From positions 6,076,001 through 6,140,000 of the forward strand of contig CP075497.1 in the NCBI GenBank assembly GCA_021613535.1: a DNA stretch of 64,000 nucleotides, written 5' to 3'. The notes under the pieces were generated by a model. It was not told where the DNA came from, searched no databases, and saw only the letters and a list, made by a program, of their open reading frames with translations. The DNA is from Adineta vaga (lineage: Eukaryota > Animalia > Rotifera). This document shows, one piece after another, positions 12,246 through 26,152 of the stretch. Numbering within the stretch: position 1 is the stretch's first letter; each line of letters begins with the position of its first letter. Made by a program: the position numbers and the translations under genes.

Positions 12246-12815
12246 ATGTTTATGACAATGGAGAGTTATAATCAATCAACAAGTAAACTTATCTGGCGTA
12301 TTATCAATGCAATTGGTTGCATATTCTTTCTCTTTGCGGCTTTTGTTAATTTGAATGATGATGATTGGTATTTATGGGTTGCAATTTATATGTGTACATC
12401 AGTTTTTCTTGCAATTGAATTATTTAATTATCGATCATTATCTAATATGATTATTTGTATGAATGCATTCGTATTTTGCTTATTAATTGCATATGGTTGT
12501 CATTTTCTGTTTAAATATCAATATGAAGGAAATACAATGAGTATGAGAAATCATTTTTTACAATATGAAGAAGGAAGAGAATTAAGTGGATTAGCTTTAG
12601 CAAGTAGTTGGTTATTTTTAATTCTATTAAATCGTTTATTATATTTTAATTATCGTTTATCATTTGTTGTTGTTTTATGTGGATTGTTTCTAACGTTAGT
12701 ACCTGTTGGCATGTGGTCGGTGTGTTTTGTGTCGGATGATTGGCGACAACGATTTCCACAATGTCACACAATGATTGTTTCTGAAACACAATCTCATTTT
12801 CATCCAACTTTTTAG
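12246..12815 (+). CDS. TMEM220: Transmembrane protein 220-like (intronless)
   Basis: IWRIINAIGCIFFLFAAFVNLNDDDWYLWVAIY and EEGRELSGL motifs; several hydrophobic helices. Confidence 0.75.
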   Translation: MFMTMESYNQSTSKLIWRIINAIGCIFFLFAAFVNLNDDDWYLWVAIYMCTSVFLAIELFNYRSLSNMIICMNAFVFCLLIAYGCHFLFKYQYEGNTMSMRNHFLQYEEGRELSGLALASSWLFLILLNRLLYFNYRLSFVVVLCGLFLTLVPVGMWSVCFVSDDWRQRFPQCHTMIVSETQSHFHPTF

Positions 12816-13048
12816 AGAAAAAAAAATACTATCATGTGTATTCTCTTTTGTATGCATGATTATATCTATTCTTTTAGTTGAATATTTTCTAACATTGTCA
12901 TTGATTTTTTTTCCTCGTTTGAAAAACTACACATACATTCTAATTGATAGTTATCATGTTATTTGATTGTATATATAAATATATATAGAGCTAATTATTG
13001 CAATAAAACTGAAAAATATCTTGAATTATTTCAGATAAGAATAGAATC

Positions 13049-13957
13049 ATGTATTCAACTTTTAGTCTATTGTTAATCGGTATACTTCTTATAAGTATAA
13101 TCATCTATTTAATTGTTCAATATGTTCTCAATGAACAACAATTATTTAAACTTAAATATGCATTGTATGTGAGTCTAGTCATGTTATTTGCAATTATATT
13201 ACCACCTATTTTTATGCTTCATCCACGCAATGCATTAAATATACGTCTATCGGCTATTGGATTAAATCCATTACTTCGTTTATTCGGCATAAAATATCGT
13301 GTTGACAATGGGCAAGTTTTAGATGATGATAAACCTTGTGTTATTGTTGCTAATCATCAATCATCAATTGATTTTATTGGAATGATGTATCTTTGGCCAA
13401 AACATATTCAATATTGTACAATATTAGCAAAAAAAGAATTGATTTGGGCTGGACCATTTGGCCCATCAGCATGGCTATCCGGTATTGAATTTGTTGATAG
13501 AAAAAGTCGTCAACGATCAATAGAAACAATGAAATATATAGTAGAAAAACTCAAAACGAAATCACTTCGATTATGGGTTTTCCCCGAAGGTATGTTAATT
13601 AAATTCTTTATTGAATATTACCTATGAATTATTTATTCTACTACAAAAGGAACAAGAAACATGTCCGAGACATTTCTTCCATTTAAAACTGGTGCTTTTC
13701 GTACAGCTATCGAAGCACAAATACCTATTGTTCCAATTGTTTTTTCATCATATAAACCAATATATAATGTCGACAAATCGAAGAATAGTTATTATTGGCG
13801 TCGTGGTTGTGTAACTATCAAATGTCTTGAACCGATCAATACGAAAGGTATGACACTTGACAATGATCTTCAACGATTGACTGACATGACTCGAAAACGT
13901 ATGATGGATGCCTATCTAACAATTCAAACAAATGTGATCAACGACAAAAAGCACTAG
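13049..13957 (+). CDS. AGPAT1: 1-acyl-sn-glycerol-3-phosphate acyltransferase (AGPAT1/2-like; intron 13590-13649)
   Basis: PlsC motifs NHQSSID, FVDR, VFPEG|TRN, PFKTGAF, PIVPIV. Confidence 0.9.
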
Positions 13958-14781
13958 TGATAATGAGATACTTGAGAATGAATGTATGCATTTGTTCTTA
14001 ACTTCAATAAGGACCGGTGATCCCATGAAGAGTTTTTGTTTTGCTTAAGTGTGATATCTTCTTACTCATATATATTTATATTCATTCTCGATTGTACTCG
14101 TTGAACGAATATACAATGAGCTTTTTTTCTTTTTCGTTTCTCTCTCTCTTTTTTGTTTTTCATCTACGTGCGTAATCCAGGTTGATAAACTCATCTTGTT
14201 TGCTTTCATTCTTTATGCCGTATTAATCTCCATCCTTTTTTGCATTTTTTTTTGTCATTGATAATGACATTATGTTAACAAAGAACAAACAAAAAAAGAT
14301 TTCTTTTTTGAATATCGCAACATATAGTGAAAGTCAAAAGGATCTATTCTCTAGTTTGATATTTCCTTGAAAAAAAATTTCAACAAAATGTTTGCGAACG
14401 GATGCACTATGTTTGTAAACAGTAACAAATTTATCCTTGAAGTTGAAAGGAACAATTCGTTTTTCCAAAGAAAATATGATAGTGATAGTAAAAAGGACAG
14501 ACAAAGATATCCAACATCAACGAAGATTCTTTTCTTAAAAATAAATCTCTCACGCAATTCATTCTATTCTATGTAAACATGATTAATTCTTGCTAATTTG
14601 ATTATTATCATCGAAGTATGTCTCAATTTATTTACATCAAAAGAAAATCTGCGATAAGTAAAGAACATTTTCAAAAATAATCAGGTAATTATTTTGTTTA
14701 TGATGAATTTCTTTTATCATAAAATGGGATAATGTGAGTATATAGATATATACGCAGAAAAGAAAACAATTAAATTCTGTT

Positions 14782-15712
14782 CTATTGATGTAAAATAGTT
14801 GTCGATGGTGCATCAGTTAATGGCTCATCTTGTGTTGTTTGATAGATTCGTGGAGTTTTAAGTAATTTGGAATAACTATGTCGACGACTAAAATATAAAA
14901 GAGACAAACAATGAATAAAAATATTTATAAAACAATTCTCTTCTTACATTCTTTGAAAGAATAAAACAGTCAAACCAAATACAACAGCGACAAGAAGGAT
15001 TCCTAAGAGAACAAACAACAATCGACTTGTTCGATTGACAAAGGAGTTTTGTTTCGAATAATTCGAAGTAAAGAATAAGTGATTTTCATCCAAACGTTCA
15101 ATATCAATTTTTGTTTGAAATAAGGCTCCTTAAAACAACAATTATTTAAATATACAGAACTAAGTCTTCAAAAAAATTTCTTACCTGTTAATAATGCAGT
15201 ATAGTTATACAATCGGAGTTTATTACCCATCTTAGTATTCATTGATAAAACAGGTTTATCTGCTGTGATATTTAATTGAATACATGTTGGATTATATTGA
15301 ATAACATTGATTAGATGTACATTAGCAATGCCATATCTAATGAAAAGTTTATATATGTTTAACTATCAAATGAAATCATCAATGAAGAACTTACTCAGCA
15401 TCACATAGATAATCTTTTTTACAGAATTCATTTAAATGATGAACAATTGATTGACGAGTTTGATTCCATAATGAACGTTCGTTCCACTAAAAGAAAAACA
15501 GAAATTGTTAACAAATAGAAATCGATGTTTTTTTCCTACTCTTTGTAATGTAAATCCATTAAGTACAACCGTGACCGGTAGTGTTGTTTTAAGATTATCT
15601 ATATACATGAAAATTGAAATAAATGCTTTAGAAATAAATCAATTAATATGTTACCTGTTTGTACAATATCGATTGTTATTAATAGTGTAGGAATTATTAT
15701 TGAGAAGAACAT
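14782..15712 (-). CDS. Orphan single-pass type I membrane protein, 6 exons, ~220 aa (absent from ORF track)
   Basis: Six short exons join in frame across GT-AG introns: signal-like MFFSIIIPTLLITIDIVQT, an ectodomain with Cys and N-glycosylation sequons, TM LLFVLLGILLVAVVFGLTVLFF, basic stop-transfer QRIRRH, tail ending STTILHQ*. Confidence 0.75.
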
Positions 15713-17451
15713 ATTCCAAAGAATGGTACGAAGAGGTCAGTATGACCAATGTCTGAACTGCGTGTATATATATATATATGTATATCTATATGAGATATCT
15801 ATTGTGATCGGATGCTGTTTCTTTTATTCTCCTCCTTTTATTATTATTATGATGACCATCAACGTTACATTGATGGCTGATGATTTATTTTTTTTAGCAT
15901 ATAGAAAGATACTGTCCGATGAAGAGAATGAAAAAAGAAAACACATTTTTGTCTTGCCTCAATCTATCGGGTATAGTACGTAGCATGTATGTGCATTTAA
16001 TTGTTAGTCTTCTCCTTCTCTCTCTCTCTCTCTCTTGGGCTTGTTTGCTTATACGGAAAAATCAGTTGAGCATCCTTTCTTTTATATCAAAACACACGCA
16101 CATATGTGAGAGATCAGAACATCTGAGATAGAGAGAAAGACGAGACGACAATGTTCAATAGGGAAGTGATTTTATATTCTAACTTGTTTTGTTCAAGAGA
16201 ATGAGAATAACATAGAGAGAATGTTCAACTTATCAATGAATGAATCGATCGATTATTTCCAGAGGATATGTCTAACAGATGTGGAAAACGAAAGTATAAA
16301 ATAAATCAATCATTTTTTATGATCAATCTTATCTCTTATTGTTAGAATTTTCGTCAAAGAAAATCAATTGTATGATTAAGTTCTAAATCGATATACTACG
16401 TGAGAAAGACAGATTTATTCTGTTTGAAGGAAATAAGAATGGGAAAAGATTATATAAGTAGAAGATAAGCATTACACCGAAATCGTTTAGAATCTAATTC
16501 TCTTTTGAATACTTCGACGAAAACTTTATTCGATACGAATGTCTCAATTTTCAAATGTATATTCAGCAGTTGAAGAAACTTTCTTTACTATTCATTGAAA
16601 AATGTTAGTAGATCGTTTTTAGACTGTGTGAACCTATATCTAAGAAATAGATAGATGAGTGCAAAGTGCGCAATTGTATCTTATCTCTACGTCGATGTGA
16701 GTAAAATCAAAATCATGGAAATTACGAGAAAAGAAAGAATGAATGTCGCATTAATAATAATTCTATTTTTTTTGAAGAAAACATCCGGTGATATTTGATT
16801 TCTCCTTTTCTCTCTTGTTATTTCTTTTTCAGATTATAATTAAGTAGCATGTTATGTTTATTTGTTCATTACAGTGTTGGAGTTAAAACTACTTTCTGAA
16901 AGTTCGGCTAGTTATAACCCGAAGTTATAACTCAGTTCGAGTTATATACATATCATCAAGTGATAAAATTCTTTTCGGAGACTATGACTTATACTTGTTA
17001 TCTTAACCTTTCTGTTTGTACTCAATAGATTTGAAAAGAAAAGAGTATCAATACTAAAACATGATTATATTTTATAGGAAAAATGAATAATTATGAATAA
17101 GTCCTGTAACCAATTTCAATTTGATTAGCAGGAAGGATCGAAATGGTTTCCTGTTTATAACCATGTCTGAGTTGACACAAGTATATTTTTGATTTTCTTT
17201 CTGTTCACTTTTTGGTATTCGATATTTGTTGTTTGATCGAAAATATAAGTCACATGGTATTCATATATTTGAGTTCTTGTAATTAGAATCTTTCATACAT
17301 TATCAGAAGAATAGAAATGATTGAATCCGATTAATAAATTAAGATATATTTGTTCTTTAAAATTTATAATCTATTGCACAACATTGACGAGTACAATATA
17401 TAAAAAAAGGAATGGGAAAAAAAAGAAGTCACTGTTAGAATTTGTTCGATT

Positions 17452-20400
17452 TTATACTGTAAATTTCTTTTCACTTTTATCAACATGCCAATACATTCGA
17501 ACAGTTGTACGGTCAATCCAATTCATATCAACCTTTTTCATTGGTGATGGAATCGAACGCTCGAGTCGTTGTGCAGCATGTCTTGAAACTAGATGAATGG
17601 TATTTGATGTACTAAAAAATGTATTTGCTGATGTCTAAAGAATCAATAAATATTTGTGTTTGTTTTTCAAAGCATCGAAAGTATATAGTCGACAAACTTA
17701 CTTGCCAAAAATATAAAATTCCTTCGTAAGCGGAATAGGAAGCAAGATATTTTCCATCAGGCGAAAATTCTACACAAGTAATTAGCTCGTTTTTTGGATG
17801 AGCTTGGAATGGCTTTAATAAAAAAAAAAGGGTAGAAATTATTTATTCACGAACAATAATCAATGGAAATCTTTACTTGATATTTGGGCGTTTTCAAATC
17901 ATACAAAGCTAGAACACCTGTTTTCGTACCAACACATAGTTTCGGTGATTCATTACAATAGGTTACCATTGGATATCTTAAATGAAAGTTATGTATTTCA
18001 AAGAACAAATCAGTAGCATTTATTTCTACTTTAATAATAAACTGAATGTTTCAGATACTGCTTGAACACCTTTATGTCGAAGAGTACTTAAATCAATACA
18101 ATTTAAAGTAATATCAGTAACCTAGAAGATAAATAAACGATGATGCATGTTTTAATAGTCTATTTTACTTCAAGAATTAAGTCGGCAACATCATGTGGAC
18201 ATTTTTCAATAAGAATTTTAATTAAACGAAGTATTTCATGTTTTTGTTCAGCTTTTATTGTTATTGATGTTTGTGATGGTGCTGTTGTACGTGTTGCTGA
18301 TGATGATGTTTGACCAGATTGAGCAAGAACATGTTTTGCTATTTCACGAGCTAATGTAATGATGACTACATTTGAACGAGAAGTAGCAATTAAAGTTAAT
18401 GCAGTTCGTGCTGTTAAACAAGTATCAGTTTTTGGTGTTAAAATTCCACTTAATACACTAAATAAACGAGAGATAAATGAACATTTTAATAAGAGTTATA
18501 TGAAGTTATTCTAAATTAGGGTACGAAAAAAAACCAACACAATAGGGAAAAAAAGCGTGCATTAGGTTTTAACTAACACACCTTGTTCCATGCCGTTTGA
18601 TTGTTAGATCATTTTGTCTAGATGAAAACAAAGCAAGCATTCCCCTTCACCCATCACCTTATATTTTTTTTCATACTACCTGCTCGTATAAATATTAGGC
18701 TGCCTGAAATTATAGCTCATTCTCAAATCCTCTCACTCATCAGATCGAATGACTTACTTGCTTGATATTGTTGTACTATCACTAATCGCACATAAATCAA
18801 GTAATGTTAGTAAAACTTGTCCAATATCTAAATATGGTTCCCATATTGTATAACCACGACCAATAAGATCAATAGCAGTTCGACGAATTACACTGTGTAT
18901 AGGAATATGATCGAAATTCGATGGAGATAAAAGACTGGTTAATATACGACCTATATTCAATACATTCGTATGTGAATTAGTGAATTTTGATTTGAAATGT
19001 AAACTTACTTAGTTTTAAAATCATTTCTGGACTATCTACAGTAAATCCTTTGATAGGTGCAGTCGGTTGTTTTGTTTGTTCAACTTCTTGTCCATATCGA
19101 GCACCGATAATTCCAATAAGAACAATTGATAGTAATTGTTGAGTTTTATATTGTTGATTAACTGTTGTCATTGTCGTTGTTTCACTATTAACTAAAAAGA
19201 AGTAAGTCAACTAAATAAGATCAAAACGAAGTCTTTAAAATGAAGATTTTTACATGGTGAATCATCGAAAAATATATCTCGAATATCTTGATCATAGAGA
19301 GCACCATCAGTTTCTTTATTATACGATTGATTAAATAGAATTGACCATTTCGAAATAAATACATGCCATGCATCATGATTTTTATGTAAATGATCAAGTT
19401 CTTTTTCTAATAGTTTTCGAGCAGCATCACGTAACTTGAATAGAGAAAAACAAATGAGATAAATTTGAAGTTAATCAACGGAAAACTTTACTTCTAAACA
19501 TAGATCTTGCCAATGTGAACATAAGATTTCAATAGATAATGATTGAAAAACTTTCGTTTGACATTGTTCAAGCATATCAGAACAATAAAATTGTAATAAT
19601 TTACTCCAACCTTCGCGTTGACTTAACTAAAAATGGTTTCATCAAAAATAGAATTAATTAATAAATTAGAATGAATTCATTTACCATTACTTGATCCGTT
19701 TGATCATTTGTTCTAAATACAAATAATTATTTCAGATTTTCCCAAGAGAAAACGTCAAACTTACAAACTACTAATCCATCGATCACAATTCATTAGGATA
19801 TAAACCATTGTCACTAAACTTAATAAATGTTCAGTATTAAGAATTGATGAATATTTCCATCGCCATTGATATACATAATTTTCTATTCGTTCTTGTTTTC
19901 TACATGAAAGAAAGATGAATAATTATATGAAAATGATTTATTAATAAAACCAACTGTCTCATGATTTCAGTTTCGTTTGTTTCCATTCCAACAAATGAAA
20001 TCAGTGTCGTTGGATTTGGTAAAAATGTATCGGGAATATTATCATTTAAATATTGTTGCCATGTTGGTAAAACAATAGTTAAATGATCAGTTTTACTGAG
20101 AATTCCAAAGGAAAAAAATCGATTTGTACGATAAAGATGGAGACGTTCTTGACAAATTTTATCCATTGTTTTATCAAATAACCATGGATGAAGTAATGAA
20201 ACGAGAAAATTAGATAGAACTGCTAATGATTTTGATGTTTGTGTTAATTGGGATTTCGTATCATTATTTGCTGTTTCGATATATTCTATTCAAGATGAAG
20301 ATAGATCAGTAAAATTCAGTAAAAAAGCGAATTGAATAGCAGAAGAAGAAACAAAAAGAAGAAGAAGAAGAAGCATTACTAGGATTTTGAGCATGCTGTT

Positions 20401-23385
20401 TTTCAAGATCGAATACAATAATTTGACCTAGCGTGAATAGAGAGAAAAAAAGAAAACATGAGATTAATATTGATATATTAGCAGAGCAATCATTTGAATT
20501 ACAAAAGAAAAAAGAAAAATGTTTTTTTACATACTAATTAATTGAAGCAAATCGAAGAGAACAAGTAAGGAAAGATCATCGCCCATATTTGTATGAAATT
20601 GTTGAATAACAATAGGTAATCGATATTCAGTATGTTTAAATGACGATGTACCTACTAAATCATGACGTGAATTTACTAAATATTCAAAAGAAAACCAGAT
20701 TATTTCATTTCATACGATTTATTCATTACTGAATTTTCGATTTAATTTTTTTATTTTATCATAATCTCCTTTTTTCCAAGTTGATCTTATTTGAAAATAA
20801 TGTGCACTTGTCATTGCAGTTGATAATGGATCATTTTGTAGATCACCATTTGCATTCAATATTCTCGGATCGTTATACCATTCAAATAATTCTTCAGCTA
20901 AAACTCCATAAGCAACTCGATCAAGATTTCCCGTTTCAATTTGCCAAACATATAAACTTCCATCTGAACATTTAATTAATAAAAAATCATCATTTATTCT
21001 CCAACGAAGTCCAACAACCGGATATGATTGACGATTAGCTAATAAAACTGTTTTACGTTCTTTTAAACTAACTAATGAAACACTATGATCATTGGCAATT
21101 GAACAGACACAATATTGCACTTTAACCTACAAAAAAGAATAGAAATTTTCATAAAATTTTGTTTGTTTATTTACATTAAGCATTGGTGGTGGAATATGAA
21201 ACATAAGAATAGCTCCAGAATGAATAGTAAACATATGTAATTGTGTGTTAGTTGATAAATCCCATAAACGTATGGAATGATCGATACTACCACTTAATAA
21301 ATGTTGAATATCATAACGTGAATATTCACTATGAGGATGAATTAAACATGTAATTGTTTGATTATGACCAGTCAATGTTTGAATATCTAAACAAATCGAA
21401 AGATTTCTTTCAGATGAAAATAATATTTATTTACCGAAATTTTCTTGAGGTTGATCATTACTTAAAAATAGATAAGAAATTAATTTCAATGCTGGTAAAA
21501 GATAAATCTCTCCTTTATCAGTACCAAATGCTAAACGATCCATTGTAATTAAATGACATGATGCTGTTAATTTATTAATTTTATCTGGTAATATCTAAAA
21601 GAGTAATGGATGATCTCTATTCAATTGAGAGTTAATATTTTACTTCATTAAAAACTTTTCGTATTGTATGAATATTTTTCATTGCATTTGCCCATACATC
21701 CTTATAAGAAATAGACCATGTTGGAAAGATATCTATAAGTGAAAAAAAAAGCAAAAACAAATGATGATAATAAGAATGAATCAAACAGAAGAATGAATAC
21801 CACTAGTAGTAGAAAATTGTTTTAAATTAATATTCCAAACGGATATTTGACCAGAATTATCAGCACGATAAACTTGACATTGTTTTAATTTCGTTTGACA
21901 ATAATATACTGGCGTTTGTCCCAATTTCTACAAAAAAAAATAGATTTATTTCACATGATTGATAAAGGCAAAACTTACTATTTCATTGCCAACATTTAAT
22001 CGACATAACCATTGAGGTATTTGCATATCTGTTTTATTATGTTGTGAGCGAAATTTTGGATTTGAAAAAGTTGCACTAAAAGTCAAATTTTCGTCAAAAA
22101 TCTATGAATTATTATGAATTACTTTTCTGGAAGTCGAAATATATGTGCATAACCTCGAGCAGAAAAAAGTATAACTAAATCTATTGTTGGAAAATGTCCA
22201 TAGATCCAATGTTCATTTTTAACAACTTCTTTATCATTAGTGATATAAGAGCATAATTCTGTGAAATCGATTCCATCAAATATCTAAATTCAATAACAAC
22301 AAAATGTTAATTATCTTTTCTAGAAGAAGATTTTCATATTGACTCACTTGCCAACCTCGTCCATGAACAATCAACATCATCCGTTGACATTCTTCACAAG
22401 GTACAATTACTGAACCAAATTGTGTTCGAATTTCTTTACTTTCATGTTCTTTTAAATCAATTGGAACAAGATTATTATTATTTCCTACACTTGTACCTTC
22501 AATTGTCGTCTATAATAGATCTCATCAAAATCAACACAAATGAAAATCTTTCTCCTTACATTTGATGTTACTGTACGTGGATCAAATGCCCATAATTTGA
22601 CACAACCACTATCCAATAATCCAATCGCAATGATAACATCTGAAACAAATCGAATCGATTCAATTGGATTAATATGTCTATTCGACATACCTGGAACATT
22701 TGCTTTTTGGAAAATAAAAAAAGTCGATATCCAATCTGCATCAACATGTGATGGTGTTAATGTAAATTTCATTTCTAATGTACGCATATCATAAATAAGA
22801 ATTTCCGAATAACATCCACAACAGATAAGAAAATGTTCATTAGTCAATTGATAATTAAAACACTAATAAAATATTAAAAAAATAAAAAAATAATGAGAAA
22901 ATCGAAAAATGTGATTTTACTTGAGCGGAACGATGTTTTAAATTGGTTCGAATGTTTTCAATACAACGACCATCTTCATTATTCCATAATTTAATTTGTC
23001 TATTAAAACAAATATGAACATCATTTGAAAACAAAGATTCTTTCGACACTTACCCATCATTATCGGATATACTAACAAAATTTTCAAGTTTATGATTTCC
23101 TGTTGCTCCAACAATAAATGATACTTGACTTGTATGACCAATCAACATCAATCTTGGAATAATCTAAATAGAAGAATTATTTTATATCTAATCAATCCTT
23201 TTCCATTGAAGAGATTTTACTTTCTGTTGATCAGGAACGATCTTCCAACAAACAAGAAAACCATCATTTGTTCCTGTGATAAGATCTTCACTAGCAAAAT
23301 TGATAAATAATGAAGATACCGATAATGATGGAGGAGTTTCTGGCCATAATGCAAAAGGTAAAACTATTCTTGAATTATTAGCCAT
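17452..23385 (-). CDS. WDR7: WD repeat protein 7 / Rabconnectin-3 beta (many exons)
   Basis: N-terminus MANNSRIVLPFALWPETPP; GHNQTITCLIHPHSEYSRYDIQHLLSGSID; CSIANDHSVSLVSLKERK; RRTAIDLIGRGYTIWEPYLD; ARTALTLIATSR; stop at 17452. Confidence 0.9.
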
Positions 23386-24456
23386 GAAATCTAATTGTAG
23401 AAAGAATTCTACTCGTGATAATATATAATAAGAAATAAATCGTCAACAAATTTCGAGATGATTCATAGGAGAATTTCATTGGTGGAATTGTTTATCAAAT
23501 GACGAAAAGGAGGCATTTCATTCGATCTTAATTGTCCATTCAGAAAGTTCAATGATTTTTTTAATATAATGGTAGTTACATGTGAATAAGTGCGTTTTTT
23601 TATTTTTTTTAAATGAAAGTGACCTTTTTTCAAAACTTTTTCTTTCAATAGATCAATATTTTCATCAACAGTTTTGTTTTTTATGTGTAAACAAACATAA
23701 ATATTTTGGGAACTACATTGATAGCTGCCACAGTTATGTCATTTCTTCAGAGTATAATACTTCTTCTGTAGCTCGATGAAAATTTTCGCGACGCAATTTC
23801 ATCCTGTAAACATTTGTCCTCTTCCATATATATATGTATATTGTTATGTAATTGAAAGGACATTTCTATCGACTTTTTCATTTTTTTCAAAAGGATTATT
23901 GTATGGAAAACATTCTCGATAGATTATTTTTCATCGTGTGGATATAAAGAATTGACGATTATGGATTTTGGATGAGTGAGAATAGTATGAATTCATTTTC
24001 TTCTCTTATATCAATTTAGCGACTGTATAGTCGATAGGAATTCGCGAGTGATTTGTTTACATTCCATGTATCTATCTTATAGATTCACTAGGGTAAATAC
24101 TATATAAATATTATCACTATCTTCCTGTACAACTTATGAAAAAACATGAAGGAATTTTCATGTAATTGATATAGAATGAAATTTGATCGATCTATTGAGC
24201 GAATGTTGTTTTTATTCTTTTAGATATGTTGAACATTCTTTATTATTATTTATTTCAAACTCTAGTTTCATAATTAATTCAATCGATTGGAATACAAAGA
24301 AAACAAGAAAAAAAGAAAGAACAATATTAAATTGAAAAAGAAATCCATCGAAAAACTTTCATTTCTCAATGGTCTTCAGTAATCGAACATTGTCGCCCTC
24401 GATATTATTACATTTCTCATATTATTCTCATTTTACTTGTCATTTGAACTCGTATA

Positions 24457-26152
24457 ATGTCTACAGCTGCTTCCGATGACACCAATACAAATGGAGAGCA
24501 ACAACAACAACAACAACATGCAAATTCTAATCGTTCTTCTTACATTCATTTATTTGCAGGCGGGTAAGAGTTATACATATTTTGTTTATCCATTTCGATA
24601 TGTTTTTCTTTAAAGACTTGCTGGTACATTTGGGGCAGTACTAACATGTCCTTTAGAAGTAATCAAAACACGTTATCAATCATCGAAGAGTTCATTTTTA
24701 AACGATCATAATCATCTTGATTTGAGGTCATCTATGAGTAATACTATAGCACAAAATGGTCGTTTATTATCATCATCATCATCCATAGAAAGCAAACGTC
24801 CAAGTATTATAAAAGCGTTCCGGTATATAATAATGAATATATTCGCGTAACAAATGATGTCTTTATGATTTCATTTAGATATATTCTAAGATATGAAGGT
24901 ATGCCAGGACTTTTTAAAGGTCTAATACCGAATTTAGTTGGTGTTGCACCGTCTCGGTATGAATTTAAAGAATTATTTATGTCTATAACTAAATCAAATC
25001 TATATATGTTTATCTAGAGCAATATATTTCTTTGCTTATGCAAATACAAAATCATTTCTAGTCGACACAATGGAACGAGAAACACCATTGGTACATGTGC
25101 TATCAGCTGCAACTGCAGGTAAGATTCTACAAACAGTATGATAGTTTGAAAAGTGACACAAATCCATAGTTTATATGTTTATGAAATCTTGAACTTTAAG
25201 CAATTAATCTTTATTGTCTTTTTTTCTATGATAGGTATTGCGATGTCAACATGTACTAATCCATTATGGTTTGTTAAGACTCGTCTTCAACTTGATCAAG
25301 GGTACGAATCAATCATAACAAAATATCCTATCTTATCATAAAGTCTCTTCAGACAATGAATAGGGACAAACTTGTATAAGAGATCTTAAATTTTAAACTT
25401 CAGAACTTTATCGAAAGATAGCATGGCGTTCATTGAAGAAATATCGAATATCATATATTAATTATCTTTTAGAAATCTTCGTGCTAATGATGTTATTCGT
25501 AAAGTTTATCGTGAAGATGGTATTCGAGGATTTTATAAAGGTATTTACACATTAAAATGTTATTTTTCTAATTGAAGTTTGTTTTTCCAAAAATTTCAAA
25601 GGTATATCGGCATCATATCTTGGTGTATCAGAAACCATTGTTCATTTTGTGATATATGAACAAATAAAGGCTCAAATTCAGTTAAATCAAAATCATTCAT
25701 CTGATGACCCTGACTTATTTAATTTTATATCCTATCTCGGTGCTGCTGCTTGTTCAAAATCGTGTGCTAGTACTCTATGTTATCCTCATGAAGTTATTCG
25801 AACACGTTTAAGAGAAGAAGGTACAAAATATCGTACCTTAATTCAAACATTAAAAACTGTTATACGAGAAGAAAGTATATCCGGACTTTATCGAGGTTTA
25901 TTAACACATCTTATTCGACAAATTCCAGTAAGATCATGAATGTATAGTTGTTTTTCTAAATTTTAATTCGTTTTTCTTATGTAGAATACGGCAATTATGA
26001 TGAGCACATATGAAATTGTTATTGCACTATTTTCGGCAACGCCTTCATCTTCATCATCTTCGGCAGTTGAAGTGACAACTGTACAAACGAGAAAAGTTAT
26101 TCTAAATGAAGTTGATTCAGAAGCCAATGCCGCTAATGAAGCAGAAGTATAA
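24457..26152 (+). CDS. SLC25A36: Mitochondrial pyrimidine nucleotide carrier SLC25A33/36-like (Rim2 family)
   Basis: HLFAGG|LAGTFGAVLTCPLEVIKTRYQ, GLFKGLIPNLVGVAPSR, TNPLWFVKTRLQLD, YPHEVIRTRLREEGTKYR, LIRQIP|NTAIMMSTYE. Confidence 0.9.
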
